The translations under genes and the position numbers were made by a program. A stretch of DNA of 64,000 nucleotides, taken from Octopus sinensis (lineage: Eukaryota). Shown here one piece after another: positions 25,426 through 38,645 of this stretch; positions within the stretch are counted from its first letter, which is position 1; each line of letters opens with the position of its first letter. The notes under the pieces were generated by a model. That model made no database searches. It worked only from the letters and a program-made list of their open reading frames with translations, and was not told where the DNA came from. Where the stretch lies: NCBI RefSeq assembly GCF_006345805.1, contig NC_043002.1:8370001-8434000 (forward strand), written 5' to 3'.

Positions 25426-26199
25426 TGAACACATACCAATATGCCCTAAATGCATTCACACATGCATGCCTATGTAGTAGACGCTAATGCAAATGCTTTC
25501 ACACACACTCACACAGACATGCATACACACACACACCAATACAACCAACAACACACTTGCATGCATATAAATGTGTATATATGCACACACACATGCACAC
25601 TAACCAGTCTTAATTCTGCTGCATCCAGACATTTAGGCACCACCAGCTTCCTGTCCAATCACACGGTCAAAGAAATTTCCCTTTTTAAAAGAACTGCAGT
25701 TGCCAAGCAACTGATCCTCATCTGACAACACTACATGACCTGCCCTGACCAACAGCAGACTACTCTCATGTAGCCATCTTAGACTTCCTGTATTTCTCCA
25801 TTCAATAATCTATGCCTGAAAGAGACAGGTTTCTGTCAGAGGCCTGCGAAACCTTAAGTCGCATGGAACTGAATCAAACAGTTTTAAATAATACGTTTAA
25901 CTCCTACTAAATGTGTTGAGTACCATTTTCTTTTGTTTGTCCACTCACTCATATGTATATGGGCAAGTGTCTTCTATTGTAAGTCCAATTTGTAGTTTGC
26001 ATTGACCAATACCTTGTTAGTGAAATTTGTTAGACAGAAGCTGTGCAGAAGCTTGCATGTGTAAACATACATACACACATATACATGTAGATATACATAT
26101 ATATATGTACATATGTTTTCAAAAGTCTGATGCTCTACCGACTTATCTATGTGGTTCTTGGAGACCTTTTGAGTCAAGTACATCAAAATAAAAATTCAA

Positions 26200-26782
26200 A
26201 TGGAAATTGTAGTTAAGATACCCGTGCCGGTGACACGTAAAAAGCACTGTCCGAATGTGGCAGATGCCAGCGCCGCCTGACTGGCGTCTGCGTCGGTGAG
26301 ACATAAAAGCACCTACTGATCGTGGCCGTTTGCCAGCCTGCTCTGGCCCCTGTGCTGGTGGCACATAAAAAACACCCACTACACCCACGGAGTGGTTGGC
26401 GTTAGGTAGGGCATCCAGCTGTAGAAACACTGCCAGATCAAGACTGGAGCCTGGTGTTATTTGTTCCTTCTCGAGCCATTCCTGGCAAGTGAGCTGCAAA
26501 ATGCAGGAGGAAAGAGTGAGAGAAAGTTGTGGCGAAAGAGTCAGCAGAAGTTCACCATTACCTTCTGCTGGAGCCACATGGAGCTTAGGTGTTTCGCTCA
26601 TAAACACACACATCGCCTGGTTCGATTCGAAACTGCGATCCCCCGACCGCAAATCCGCCACTCTAACCATTAGGCCATGTTCCTCCACACTGGAGCCTGG
26701 TGCAGCCTCCATGGCTTACCAGACCCCGGTTGAACCGTCCAACCCATGCTAGCATGGAAAACAGACATATGATGATGATGAT
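26200..26782 (+). mobile_element. Repeat family C with nested family E SINE (26465-26690, minus)
   Basis: Family C is interrupted at ctggagcctggtg and resumes with ctggagcctggtg after the insert (target-duplication-like). Confidence 0.8.
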
Positions 26783-28684
26783 ATTTTGTGAATTTGCCAA
26801 AAGGTAAAAACTTAACTATTCAAGCAACAAAATTCTATAAAATAAATGCCAGACTGAAATGGTTCCTGAGATTCATACAACAGACTAAAAGCACATGAAG
26901 ATGGTAACCCAGCAGAGTCATGGTCCAATGACTCAAAGAATACAAGAATACAACTGTGTTTATATGTGTTCCTATGTATTTACATGCAATTCACTTGTCA
27001 TATCAATTGGCATGATTATAACAAATGATTTTAATATTTCATTGAAGACAATAAAATGCTAACTATAATGAAGGGTACATCGCTTGATTATGTAGTTTTA
27101 CAATTTCAAGTTGGGTGTTTGTTTACAAAGGCAGTTTAATGTATGTGCATGTGTGTGTTAGCAATGATGAAGAAAAGAAATTAACAAACAATATAACGAG
27201 AAGAATGGTATGTAATTAAGGCTCAAGGCCAGAAAAAGGACCCCCCACCCTGGACTGATACTTTTATTTTATTGACACTAGAGAGATGAAAAAGTAAAGT
27301 TGATCTTGACAGGATTTGAACCCAGAACCCAGAATGTAAACAGCTATAACAAATGTTGCACAGCATTTTTTCCCCAGTAAAGAAGAAGAAGAAGAAGGGA
27401 AAGAAGAAGGAGAAAAAGAAGAAGAAGAAGAAGGCAGTAGTAGTAGTAAATACCCCTGGAAGAAAACAGGGACTCTTAATGAATAAGGAATGAATTAAGA
27501 ACAAACAAATTTATGGTAAGAATGCTGAAAAGTGAAAGGGAAAAAAATTCAACAGATGCTTACCCTCTTGTGGTAGAATAATAATAATAATAATAATGAT
27601 AAAGTTTGTTTCTTTTTAGGTCTCTTTTTAATTGCACTTTTCTTTTTTACACCCCTTTTTTAACCCCTTAAATTTTTTTTTTTAAATTACCAGCCAGGTA
27701 TGACTTTTTCCTCTGATTAAAAAACATATTCCGGACAACTTCCTTTGATTATTTCCAGTATAATCCTGAGAATAGGATTGGAAAAGAAAACTGATAAAAA
27801 CCTAAGTGCCAAGTGACGTGGGTGGACATAGCCGGATGTGACATGATGTGTTGTGACGCTATAGAATCCCAGGACAGTAAAAAATATGGAAGAATGTCAT
27901 TTTTTACTTTAACAAGTCATCCTTTAATGGACCAGTTAAAATTATCAGGATGTTCGTTGGTATCACTCCTTCCCACTTAGTATATACGTAAACCACAAAC
28001 TTTCTTCTGCTTCGAAATCTCTTCTCTCTCCACAACATTCTCTGCCTCTTCCTTTCTCCACTAAATTCCCTGCCTCCTCTCTCTTCCGTTCTGGATATTT
28101 ATAGTTCTAGCAAGAGTTGTTTTACCAGGAGGTAAGGCAATATCTTAAAAAAAATAATAGCAATATTTCTTTTATTACCCCCACCAGGGACACAAGATAT
28201 TGGGGGAGTAGGTGATGATAGCTTCAAATCTCAAAGTGCTTGTGTGTGTGTGTATATATGTGTGTGTGAAAGGGGGGACCTCTACAACCTTTCCTGACAA
28301 AAATCCTCAGTGCAGAGAAGAGAAACAAACAATTTTCAACTCCTTCCACAGAAAAGCAACAGTATAGCTAATAGCTATGTAAATAGCAGTAGACACTGCC
28401 CACTTTTGACCTTTTCCTGTCTAAGTACTTGTCACTTGCTGACCATCTGAGTTAAGAAACATTTTTTTTGTTCTGTTTTTTCTTCTTCCTCTTTCCTGCA
28501 TGTTGACCCATCCTTACTTGACTGTAGAAAGAAGATAAATTTGGAATCAACACCAATCCCCCTCCACCCTCATGCCTCCAGCACCACTGTCATTAGTGTT
28601 GTAATTTTGTTTGTCAACCACCAATTTCGGAAGGACTTATCCTTATTGCTGATGTTATTGTTATGAAGTCATTACTGTTTAACT

Positions 28685-28810
28685 GTAGTAGTAGTAGTAG
28701 TAGTAGGAGGAGGAGGAGGAGGAGGAAAAGAAGAAGGAAAAGAAGAAGAAGAAGAAGAAGGAAAAGAAGAAGAAGGAAAAGAAGAAGAAGAAGAAGTTGT
28801 TGTTGTTGTT
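28685..28810. repeat. Compound trinucleotide repeats (AGT)n (AGG)n (AGA)n (GTT)n
   Basis: Directly visible. Confidence 0.9.
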
Positions 28811-29159
28811 AGTGTTGCCTCTTTAGTTAAAAAGTTAGTACTGATGAAGCAGAACTATTATCAACCCTCAACATCACATCTTTTTCCAACAACGACATTA
28901 TAACAAAGTGCCCTTTTCTACAGCCAATAGGGAATGATTAGAGGGAGATTTGGATGCTATTTCTAGCAGACTGAATGACCATGTAAAAAATCCCTTATTG
29001 GCTTTATAGTAGTAGCAGTAGTAGTGATGGTTGTGATGATAGTAGTAGCAGTAGTAGTGATGGTTGTGATGATAGTAGTATTAGTAGGAGGAGGAGGAGG
29101 AGGTTAATACTGAAGTTATTAATGATTAATTATATCAATTATACCATACTGTCAATTAT

Positions 29160-30065
29160 CATCATCATTTAACGTCCGCTTTCCATGCTAGCATGGGTTG
29201 GACGATTTGACTGAGGACTGGCGAACCAGACTCCAATCTGATCTGGCAGAGTTTCTACAGCTGGATGCCCTTCCTAACACCAGCCACTCCGAGAGTGTTG
29301 TGGGTGCTTTTACATGCCACTGGCATGAGGGCCAGTTTGGTGGTACTGGCAACGGCCACGCCCAAATGGTGCTTTTTATGTGCCACCTGCACAGGAGCCA
29401 GTCCAGCGGCACTGGCAACAACCTCACACGAATGTTTTTACATGTGCCACCAGTACAAGTGCCAGTAAGGCGTCACAGGTAACGATCATGCTCGAATGGG
29501 GCTTTTTACGTGCCATCGGTATGGAGGCCAGCTTGTTGCTCTGGCAACGATCACACTCATACGGTACTCTTAGCGCTCCACTAGCACGGATGCCAGTCAT
29601 CGAATTTTATTTTGATTTTGATTTCACTTGCCTCAACAGGTCTTCGCAAGCAGAATTTAGTGTCCAATGGAGGAAAGTTACGCATAAGTGGGCTGGTTAC
29701 ACCCCTGGCATAGGCCACAAGGTTATGGTCTCACTTGAACTTGCCGAGTCTTCTCAAGCACAGCATATTTCCAAAGGTCCCGGTCACTAGTCATTGCATC
29801 GGTGAGGCCCAGTGTTTGAAGGTCATGCTTCATCACCTCATCCCAGGTCTTCCTGGGTCTACCTCTTTCACAGGTTCCCTCAACCGCTAGGGTGTGGCAC
29901 TTTTTCACACAGCTATCCACATCCATTCTCGCCACATTGCCATACCAGCGCAGTCATCTCTCTTGCATACCACATCTGATGCTTCTTAGGTTCAACTTTT
30001 CTCTCAAGGTACTTACACTCTGTCGAGTATGCACACTAGCCAGATGCTCTTTTGACTGCAAACCC
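29160..30065 (-). mobile_element. RTE LINE 3' end continuing into family C
   Basis: ORF 29723-29935 (RGRPRKTWDEVMKHDL...DRDLWK) is an RTE C-terminus; followed by an ATCAAA tract, family C modules and a (GAT)n tail. Confidence 0.85.
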
Positions 30066-30300
30066 ATTCAACAATGTAGTGAAAATACAACTATTTTGTT
30101 TTGAGTCGAGGCAAACTGGAAAAATCAGTGATATGTACTGTGGTCAAGAAGAGCTCAAGACAATGGCCAAAGTAAGATTTGAACATTGTGGTCAGTAGAC
30201 CTACAATGTTAACCTCACAATAGCTAAGGTCTCTGATATCAAAATGTAAAGAGTCAGAACAAATACCACTAGGTATCACCTAGTGGTATTTGTTTTGATT

Positions 30301-30538
30301 AAGGCGGCGAGCTGGCAGAAACGTTAGCACACCGGGCGAAATGCATAGCCGTATTTCATCTGCCACTACGTTCTGAGTTCAAATTCCGCCGAAGTCGACT
30401 TTGCCTTTCATCCTTTCGGGGTCGATAAATTAAGTACCAGTTCCGCACTGGGGTCGATGTAATCGACATAATCCATTTGTCTGTTCTTGTTTGTCCCCTC
30501 TGTGTTTAGCCCCTTGTGGGTAATAAAGAAATAGGTAT
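30301..30538 (+). mobile_element. SINE family B
   Basis: Complete copy. Confidence 0.9.
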
Positions 30539-31104
30539 TTGTTCTAATGACACTAACAATTTTGTCAACCTACCGTCTTAAACCGGTACTTTAGTTTATT
30601 GACATCCTAGTAGGATGAAAAGCAAAGTTGACCTTGGCAGGATTTGAACTTATGAGTATAAAGATCCAGAACAACTGGAAGGCAGTTAGTCTGATGCTTT
30701 AACAATTCTCACAATCTGCTGCCTGTATGGCTAGATCGTTAAAAAAAATATAAAACAATCAAGACAAAACCTTTAATTATACAAAATGCTCTTATGTGTA
30801 TAATGTACAAAGCAACTTTTGAAACAATATAGTCAATTGTAAAGTTTTGAGATTGTGTTATGGTTTCCATGACAATTCTACAAAACACTGTTAAGTGGTT
30901 GGTGAAAAAAACCAACACGGAGTAGACAGGTCCCTTGTTTTGAGGACATGACAAACCCTCTAGTGCTGGTGTCATAACAGAATATGCTTAGTACACTCTG
31001 CAAAGCAGTTGGTGATAAAAAGAGCATTTAGTTTGTAGAAATCATACTAAAAAGAAAACATATGAGTGAGACGTGGTCTTCTGATTTCTCTGGGAGAGCA
31101 GGAA

Positions 31105-31240
31105 CTTAACAGTTTGGCAAAAGAGACCGATAGAATAAATACTAGGCTTACAAAGAATAAGTCCTGGGGTCGATTTGTTTGACTGAAGGCGGTGCTCCAG
31201 CATGGCCACAGTCAGATGACTGAAACAAGCAAAAGAATAA
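31105..31240 (+). mobile_element. SINE family A 3' fragment
   Basis: Tail sequence. Confidence 0.8.
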
Positions 31241-31845
31241 AAGAATAAATGTATGTATGTATGTGTACTTGGCAACCTCAATCTGTCCCTTTCCTTTTTT
31301 CTCTCTCTTTCTCATCCCTCCCTAATTCTTCAATTCCTCTATCCACTACCTCTCTCCTCTCCTTCCACGTAACTGGTGTTCGGCCAAGCCTGACCTTTCT
31401 TTCTTGGACTACCATCCATGCAGCATCTTTCGTATTTCTTCCCATGACTTTACATCCCATGTATTTACACCCCTGTAACTTAGTGGTTCAGCAAAAGACA
31501 TTGATAGAACAAGTATTAGGCTTTGAACAATATAAGTCCTAGAGTTGATTTATTCGACTAAAACCCTTCAAGGTGGTGCCCCAGCATGGCTGCAGTAAAA
31601 ATGACTAAGGCAAGTAGAAAGAAAGAAAGAGAGAGAGAGATCATTGTTGTTTATGTTGTTGTTAGTGTGAAGTCAGTGGGATGGGCTCAGTCAGTTTCCT
31701 TTTCTCCTCTTGACAGACAATCAGGCATTTTCATATAAAACATTACGTCAGTAAACAATGACTATTGTTCCCAATAATGATGAGAAGTTACCAAATTTAA
31801 CAACGTATTTCTTACTAATGTTAATAACTTTTTCTTCTACATTTC

Positions 31846-32017
31846 TTTTTTTGTCCTTCAAATTTTATCATCATCATCATCATCATCATTTAGCATCCGT
31901 TTTCCATGCTAGTATGGGTTGGACGGTTCAACTGGGGTCTGTGAACCGTCCAACCCATACTAGCATGGAAAACGGACGCTAAATGATGATGATGATAAAA
32001 TTTGAAGGACAAAAAAA
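31846..32017. repeat. Palindromic duplication of a family C tail plus flanking DNA
   Basis: Arms 31846-31930 and 31942-32017; 11-nt spacer actggggtctg. Confidence 0.9.
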
Positions 32018-33623
32018 AAATAATCTTTTCTACTGGAGGCCTCAAATTTGGGGGTAGGGGACTTAGTTGACTATATTGACCCCAGTGCTTCACTGGTACT
32101 TAATTTATTGACCCTGAAAGGATGAAAGGCAAAGTCGATCTCCAGGTACGGAAGCCAGTTGGCTGCTCTGGCAATGATCACGCTTGGATGGTGCTCTTGG
32201 CACCCTACTAGCATGGGCACAACTGCCAGTAAGGCGACACTGGTAATGATCACGCTCGAATGGTGCCTTTTAAGTGTCACTGGCACGGAAGCCAGTTAGC
32301 CGCTCTGTTAATGATCACACTCGTATGGTGCTCTTTGCACCCTGCTAGCACGGACGCCAGTCATCGAATTTGATTTTGATCGATTTCACTTCCCTCAACA
32401 GGTAAATTCAATGCTACTGGAACCATCAAAGGAGAGAAGGACAAAACAACCTGCCTTTTAACATGAGTGTAAAATTAGAGGGAGATTCAGCTGCTATTTC
32501 CAGTAGGTTAAGCAACCACATAGAAGCTTCTGAAATTGGCTTGTCTATATAATGTTGAAATGGTAACTCAGAAGCAGAGTGCCAATATGAACTTGAACCA
32601 TAACGATGTTGGCTAAACTTCTTATATCTTACTGGGATCAATAAGACAGAACAGCCATAAATAGTGAAATGTCCCATGGGGTGAGGAGAGACCCCAAGAG
32701 CTACTTCCGAATCCTAATTGTGGTTGGTGTCTGATAAACAGAGAGGGAGAGAGAAATATTGTTTACTTTGAGATTTATCAGAGATGCCCATACATGCCAT
32801 TATCACCATTAATTTAATGTTTATTTTCCATGCCTTTATGAGTTGAATAAACACACACACACACACACCACACACACACAGTCACACACACATATATACT
32901 CATGTCTTATCTGCTGAGGCGAGGTGCTGGTATATAGACCATTTACACAATTTACTTCCAAGTGGGGTGCAATGTAAATACTGACACCTCAAAGCAGCTC
33001 CGGTACATTAGAAGGAAAAAATACAACTACACACACAGACATCTTGTAGTAAATTTATTAAGAGTACACATACTGTTGAATAAATATTTCAATTTTTTGG
33101 CTGCCACCGCTTTACCAAAGTTATGAACTAAGGCAGTAATAATATCATTATCCGTAGAAGTAGAAGTATATTCAGATTTTAGGTTCAAAAGTTTTAAAAA
33201 TAAGGGGTCAATAAATCCCCAATTTTTTTTTAAGGTGTCACATTGCAAATGCTTAGCAGAGGAATTTTGCTTAGATGTGTTCTTTCTTTCTTTTTACTTT
33301 TTTTTTTTTGTCAATTACATATCTAATTTCCCTACCCATTCTTGGGAGAGAGAAGTTTTCAAATTTTGATAACGAAGGAAAAGAAGAAACAAAATGAAAG
33401 AAAACAAAAAACAAAATGAAGGAACAGGAAAAAGAAAGATATTTTTCCTCTCGCTAGCTATCTCATAAAATTGGTACCAGCTTTTCAACAGAAGCTGCAG
33501 GAAAAATGTAAGATAAAAAGAATTTGAACATGTGATGATGTGGTCGGTGGCTGTGTTACTTAACATTACTGTCGCTTATCCTGTAAACTTATTGTTTACA
33601 GTGCTCAAGTACAATACATATAA

Positions 33624-34377
33624 GGCAGCAAGCTGGCAGAAACGTTAGCACGCTGGGCAAAATGCATAGCTGTATTTCGTCTGCCGTTATGTTCTGAGTT
33701 CAAATTTCGCCAAGGTTGACTTTGCCTTTCATCCTTTCGGAGTCGATGTAATCAACTTAATCCGTTTGTCTGTCCTTGTTTGTCCTCTCTGTGTTTAGCC
33801 CCATATGAGTAGTAAAGAAATAGGTATTTCATCTGCCACTACGTTCTGAGTTCAAATTCCACCGAGGTCGACTTTGCTTTTCATCCTTGGGTTCGATAAA
33901 TTAAGTACCAGTTACGCACTGGGGTCAATGTACTCAACTTAATCCGTTTGTCTGTCCTTGCTTGTCCTCTCTGTGTTTAGCCCCTTGTGGGTAGTAAAGA
34001 AATAGGTATTTCATCTGCCACTACGTTCTGAGTTCAAATTCCACCGAGGTCGACTTTGCTTTTCATCCTTTCGGGTTCGATAAATTAAGTACCAGTCACG
34101 CACTGGGGTCAATGTACTCAACTTAATCCGTTTGTCTGTCCTTGCTTGTCCTCTCTGTGTTTAGCCCCTTGTGGGTAGTAAAGAAATAGGTATTTCATCT
34201 GCCTTTACATTCTGAGTTCAAATTCTGCCGAAGTCGACTTTGCCTTTCATCCTTTCAGAGTCGATAAATTAAGTACCAGTTATGCACTGGGGTCGATATA
34301 ATCGACTTAATCCGTTTGTCTGTCCTTGTTTGTCCTCTCTGTGTTTAGCCCCTTGTGGGTAGTAAAGAAATAGGTAC
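33624..34377 (+). mobile_element. Family B SINE with four tandem 3' units
   Basis: One head, then units starting at about 33672, 33824, 34006 and 34190 (152-184 bp). Confidence 0.9.
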
Positions 34378-34681
34378 AATACATTTCATCAGAAGAACAT
34401 AAACAATCAAAAGAAACACTGCAAAGCCTTAATTCCGATGCCCTAATGCTTCTGTCAGCCTGCTACTTCATTATTCCTTTTGTGTCCTTTTTTTGTGGGG
34501 TAAAGAAGGTTGGATAAGACCTCTTGGGGCAGTATTCTATGATTCCGTGCCTTTCCTGATGCCAATCTTTATTTGCTTTTCAAGTAAGATATTCCCACAG
34601 GTCTTTGCACATTGAATCACTATACAAGTGGTACCAAAATGAGGACATGTACATACACACAATATATGCATGGGTGTATGA

Positions 34682-34718
<37 letters not shown>

Positions 34719-34737
34719 CACATTTATGTGTGTGTTC

Positions 34738-34768
<31 letters not shown>

Positions 34769-34839
34769 ATATATATAAATATATTAAATTAGAGATAAAA
34801 CCACTATTAGGCAAATCCTGTAAGTTTGGATTTACTCCC

Positions 34840-34887
<48 letters not shown>

Positions 34888-35438
34888 TCGTATACATTAA
34901 AACACATCAAGAGGCTTCCAAATAGGAAAGCCTTGTGCTAGAAAGACCAGTAGAAAAGTCAAACCACTAATTAGGGATAAATTCTCGAAAGGAATGAAAA
35001 TTGAAAACGTTTACCATCTTATATATATATTTATATAATTCTTATTACCCTAATGTTATTTATTATATTTATATATATATATATATATAAACACACTCAT
35101 ATATATATGTATATATACATACACACATATGCACACGCAAGAACACAATCTGGGTTTAAAATTTACTGCTACAGCTGCTTTCATAGCATTTCATCAATGT
35201 ATTTTTAGCTTACATCACAGCAAAAATCACCATCCCCAGGTAAAATTTTAAACACATGTATAAAATTTTACTTGAGGATGGTGGAATTTTGTTGTAATGA
35301 AATCTTAGAATGAAGCAATAAAATGCTAGTGAAACAGCTGTAGTAAATTTTAAACCTCACTTGTGTTCTTCTTTTATACATATGCCACACCTGGAACCAA
35401 TCCTGGGCTGGCTCTATGGTTTATATTGGATTTGGTAC

Positions 35439-35474
<36 letters not shown>

Positions 35475-35498
35475 ACACATATATACATACCTGCTGTA

Positions 35499-36840
35499 TA
35501 TGTGGTCTGATCAATAAGTATCCAGACTGCTGCTATAGTAATGAAGCTAAATCACAAAGAGTAAAACTGCTTCGCACAGACTGACCTTGAATTTTGCTGC
35601 TCATGCACACTAAGTTTTAATGTTCTAGCTCGTATCCGCTATTTACAGCAGTGCTTGGAGGGAAGGTGTGTAGCGTGTGATTGTCACACTGACCATGACA
35701 GTGAAAGCTGAACAGAGAATCTGCATTAAATTTTGCCAAAAGCTTGGCAATACCTACTAAGACGCCGACACAAAGTTTTCAAAAAGTTTTCATCTTTCTA
35801 GACACAATCAAGGAGATCTTGTGCAACTGAAACCCAAGTGTCCTTTCAGTCAGCTGAAAGCAGTTTTGGCACAAACTTGGCAGACACGCATCTTATACTC
35901 AAATCTTCAGTGATAATGGACTGAACTTAACCGTAACTAATCTGCATATCCTCTGATAACTCACGGATGATAATTTGATGATTATCCCCTCACAGCTGCT
36001 TGCACACCTGTGATGTCTTCTCAGTTCTGCTGGTTGTGGATCTCTCAGAACGTTTGACAATATGAACATTTTTGTGGTCATCTTGGAAACATCTTATTTC
36101 TTTACTACCCACAAGGGGATACACACAGAGGGGATAAACCAGGACAGACAAACGGATTAAGTTGATTATATTGACCCCAGTGCGTAACTGGTACTTATTT
36201 AATCGACCCTGAAAGGATGAAAGGCAAAGTCAACCTCGGCGGAATTTGAACTCAGAACGTAGTGGCAGACGAAATACCTATTTCTTTACTACCTACAAGG
36301 GGCTAAACACAGAGAGGACAAACAAGGACAGGCAAACGGATTAAGTCGATTATATCGACCCCAGTGCGTAACAGGTACTTATTTAATCAACCCCGAAAGG
36401 ATGAAAGGCAAAGTCGACCTCGGTGGAATTTGAACTCAGAATGTAACAGCAGACTAAATACTGCTAAGCATTTTGCCCGGCGTGCTAATATTTCTGCCAG
36501 CTCACCGCCCTATCTTCTTGGAAACATCTGAACCACTCGTACACTTGTGTGTGGCTCATATACTCCTCTCTATACACTTTCTCCTCTCGATACACTTTGC
36601 ATAGGCCTCTCAGCAAGTATCATCATGACAACTTTCTCTGTCATGGTCAATGTGATGATCACACACTACACACCTTCCTTTCAAGCACTGCTGTAAACAG
36701 CAGAAGTGAGCTGGAATGTTAAAACTTAGTGCACATGCACAGCAAAGTTTAAGGTCAATCTTTGCAAAGTAGCTTCACTCAGCATGCTTTAGTTTTGTTA
36801 CTAGGGCAACAGTACAGATACTTAATTATCAGCCCTCATA
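35499..36840. mobile_element. Non-autonomous mariner derivative with long internal inverted repeats
   Basis: TIR-like tatgtggtctgatcaataagtatc / gatacttaattatcagccctcata. Transposase start (EQRICIKFCQKLG) at the left end and decayed transposase (RRVSAKFVPKLL-like) on the minus strand. A family B SINE is nested at 36095-36510. Confidence 0.75.
36095..36510 (-). mobile_element. Family B SINE (two units)
   Basis: Head at 36510, duplicated 3' unit. Confidence 0.88.
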
Positions 36841-37087
36841 CTAACAACAAATTACATTTAATAGCTGTTCTAGCCAATCCAGGCATCCTACTTGTTGATA
36901 TGTCTAGATTCTAATGAATCTATCCATCCATCCACCTACTCTGTGAACTGGTTGGCATAAGGAAGGACATCCAGCTATAAAAACCATGCCAAAGCAGACA
37001 GTAGGGCCTGATGCAGTCCTCTGCCAAACCACTGAACCCATACTAGCATGGAAAATGGATGTTTAATAGTGATAATGATATATACAT

Positions 37088-37390
37088 ACATCATCATCAT
37101 TTAACGTCCGCTTTCCATGCTAGCATGGGTTGGACGATTTGACTGAGGTCTGGCGAACCAGACTCCAATCTGATCTGGCAGAGTTTCTACAGCTGGATGT
37201 CCTTCCTAATGCCAACCACTCTGAGAGTGTAGTGGGTGCTTTTACGTGCCACTGGCACGAGGGCCAGTTTGGTGGTACTGGCAGTGGCCATGCCCAAATG
37301 GTGCTTTTTACATGCTACCTGCACAGGAGCCAGTCCAGCGGCACTGGCAACGACCTCGCTTGGATGTTTCACATGTCACCAGCACAGGTG
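37088..37390 (-). mobile_element. Repeat family C
   Basis: Tail block plus modules. Confidence 0.85.
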
Positions 37391-37933
37391 TGAGTGAGTA
37401 AGGCAACATATATATTTATGTTGGATTAGCTTCCAGAAAGCTACCGCCTCTCAAATTTTGCTTGTAAGGCATTGGCCAACCAAGACTATAATGTAAGACT
37501 TGGCCAAGGTGGCATAGGATTGAATCTAAAGACTGCATGATTGTGGAGTCAACACCTTAATCACACAGTGATGCCGTCATCTTTTTGCCAAAACGTAATT
37601 GCAATAAGTAAATAACTATTTAATTAGATATGAGAATAACTGTAACAGAAAAATGTATAATGAGTAGAATATATAATTGATATTTCAGGTGCTTGTATTT
37701 TGTCTCTATTAATAGGATAAGTAATAGCTGTAGCTAGTTAATGCAAATGAAGAGGAGAAACCTCTTTATACTAAAATAATGAGGATGTGGACAGTTAATC
37801 AAAATACAATTTATTGAATAAAAATAGTTGACCGAAAAAGCAACTGATAGAAGTAACAGTCACTTGAATCTACAACTAAATTCAATTACAGAAAATATTT
37901 AAGATATTTTCTTCCTAAAAGTTATATTGTCAC

Positions 37934-38161
37934 ATTCTAATGTGTCTGGGGAGAGTGATTTTCTTTTTGTGCCTTATTATGTAACACACTCACTGGTAAA
38001 ATTTCCATGTTTTTCTTATTTTTATTGTCCTAAAATTTTTGAGTCAAAACTATTGAAAATTTTAGTACAATAAAAATAAGAAAAATGTGGAATTTTTACT
38101 GGTGTGTGTGTTACATAATAAGACACAAAAAGAAAATTACTCTCCCCAGACACAATAGAAT
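37934..38161. repeat. Fold-back (about 106-bp arms)
   Basis: 37934-38039 versus 38056-38161, roughly 90% reverse-complement identity by eye. Confidence 0.85.
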
Positions 38162-38645
38162 ATGCTTCAACACACGAACTCATATAAAGAATCTTGCAAA
38201 CCAAATCCAAAAACGAAATATATTGTCACATTTTTAACATTAAAATATAAAAATTTTACAGAGAATTAAAATGATTATTTTCATTCTCCCCTTTACAGTA
38301 TCAAGTGAACCCAAATATAGAGCTACCAAATTCAATATTAAAAGACAACTTGACTGGTCTATCACAAGCTAATGAGTTAACTGCAAATAATCCAAGAACA
38401 GATTTTGGAAACAAGGATTTCAAAGAGAAGTTCAATCCTTAAACTAGCTAGGTTCTCAGCAGTAAATATTGAAAAGGGAAAAAAATTCTGTTACAAACTT
38501 CATGGCTTCACAGAGACAGTAGTTAATCTTGGTTTTTGTAGTATTAAGCAGATTGCCAAATTTAATTGTTTGAACACTAACAGGGATCTATGACAAATAA
38601 GTTTCCAAGAAGTTCTGCTACCAATTTCTAAAAATTAAATGAAAC

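Noticed and set aside
33027-33248. 73-aa minus-strand ORF in unique sequence
   Set aside because: No convincing splice sites or family similarity.
33624-34377. Regular tandem units suggesting a CRISPR-like array
   Set aside because: The units are SINE bodies with no unique spacers, in a eukaryotic context.
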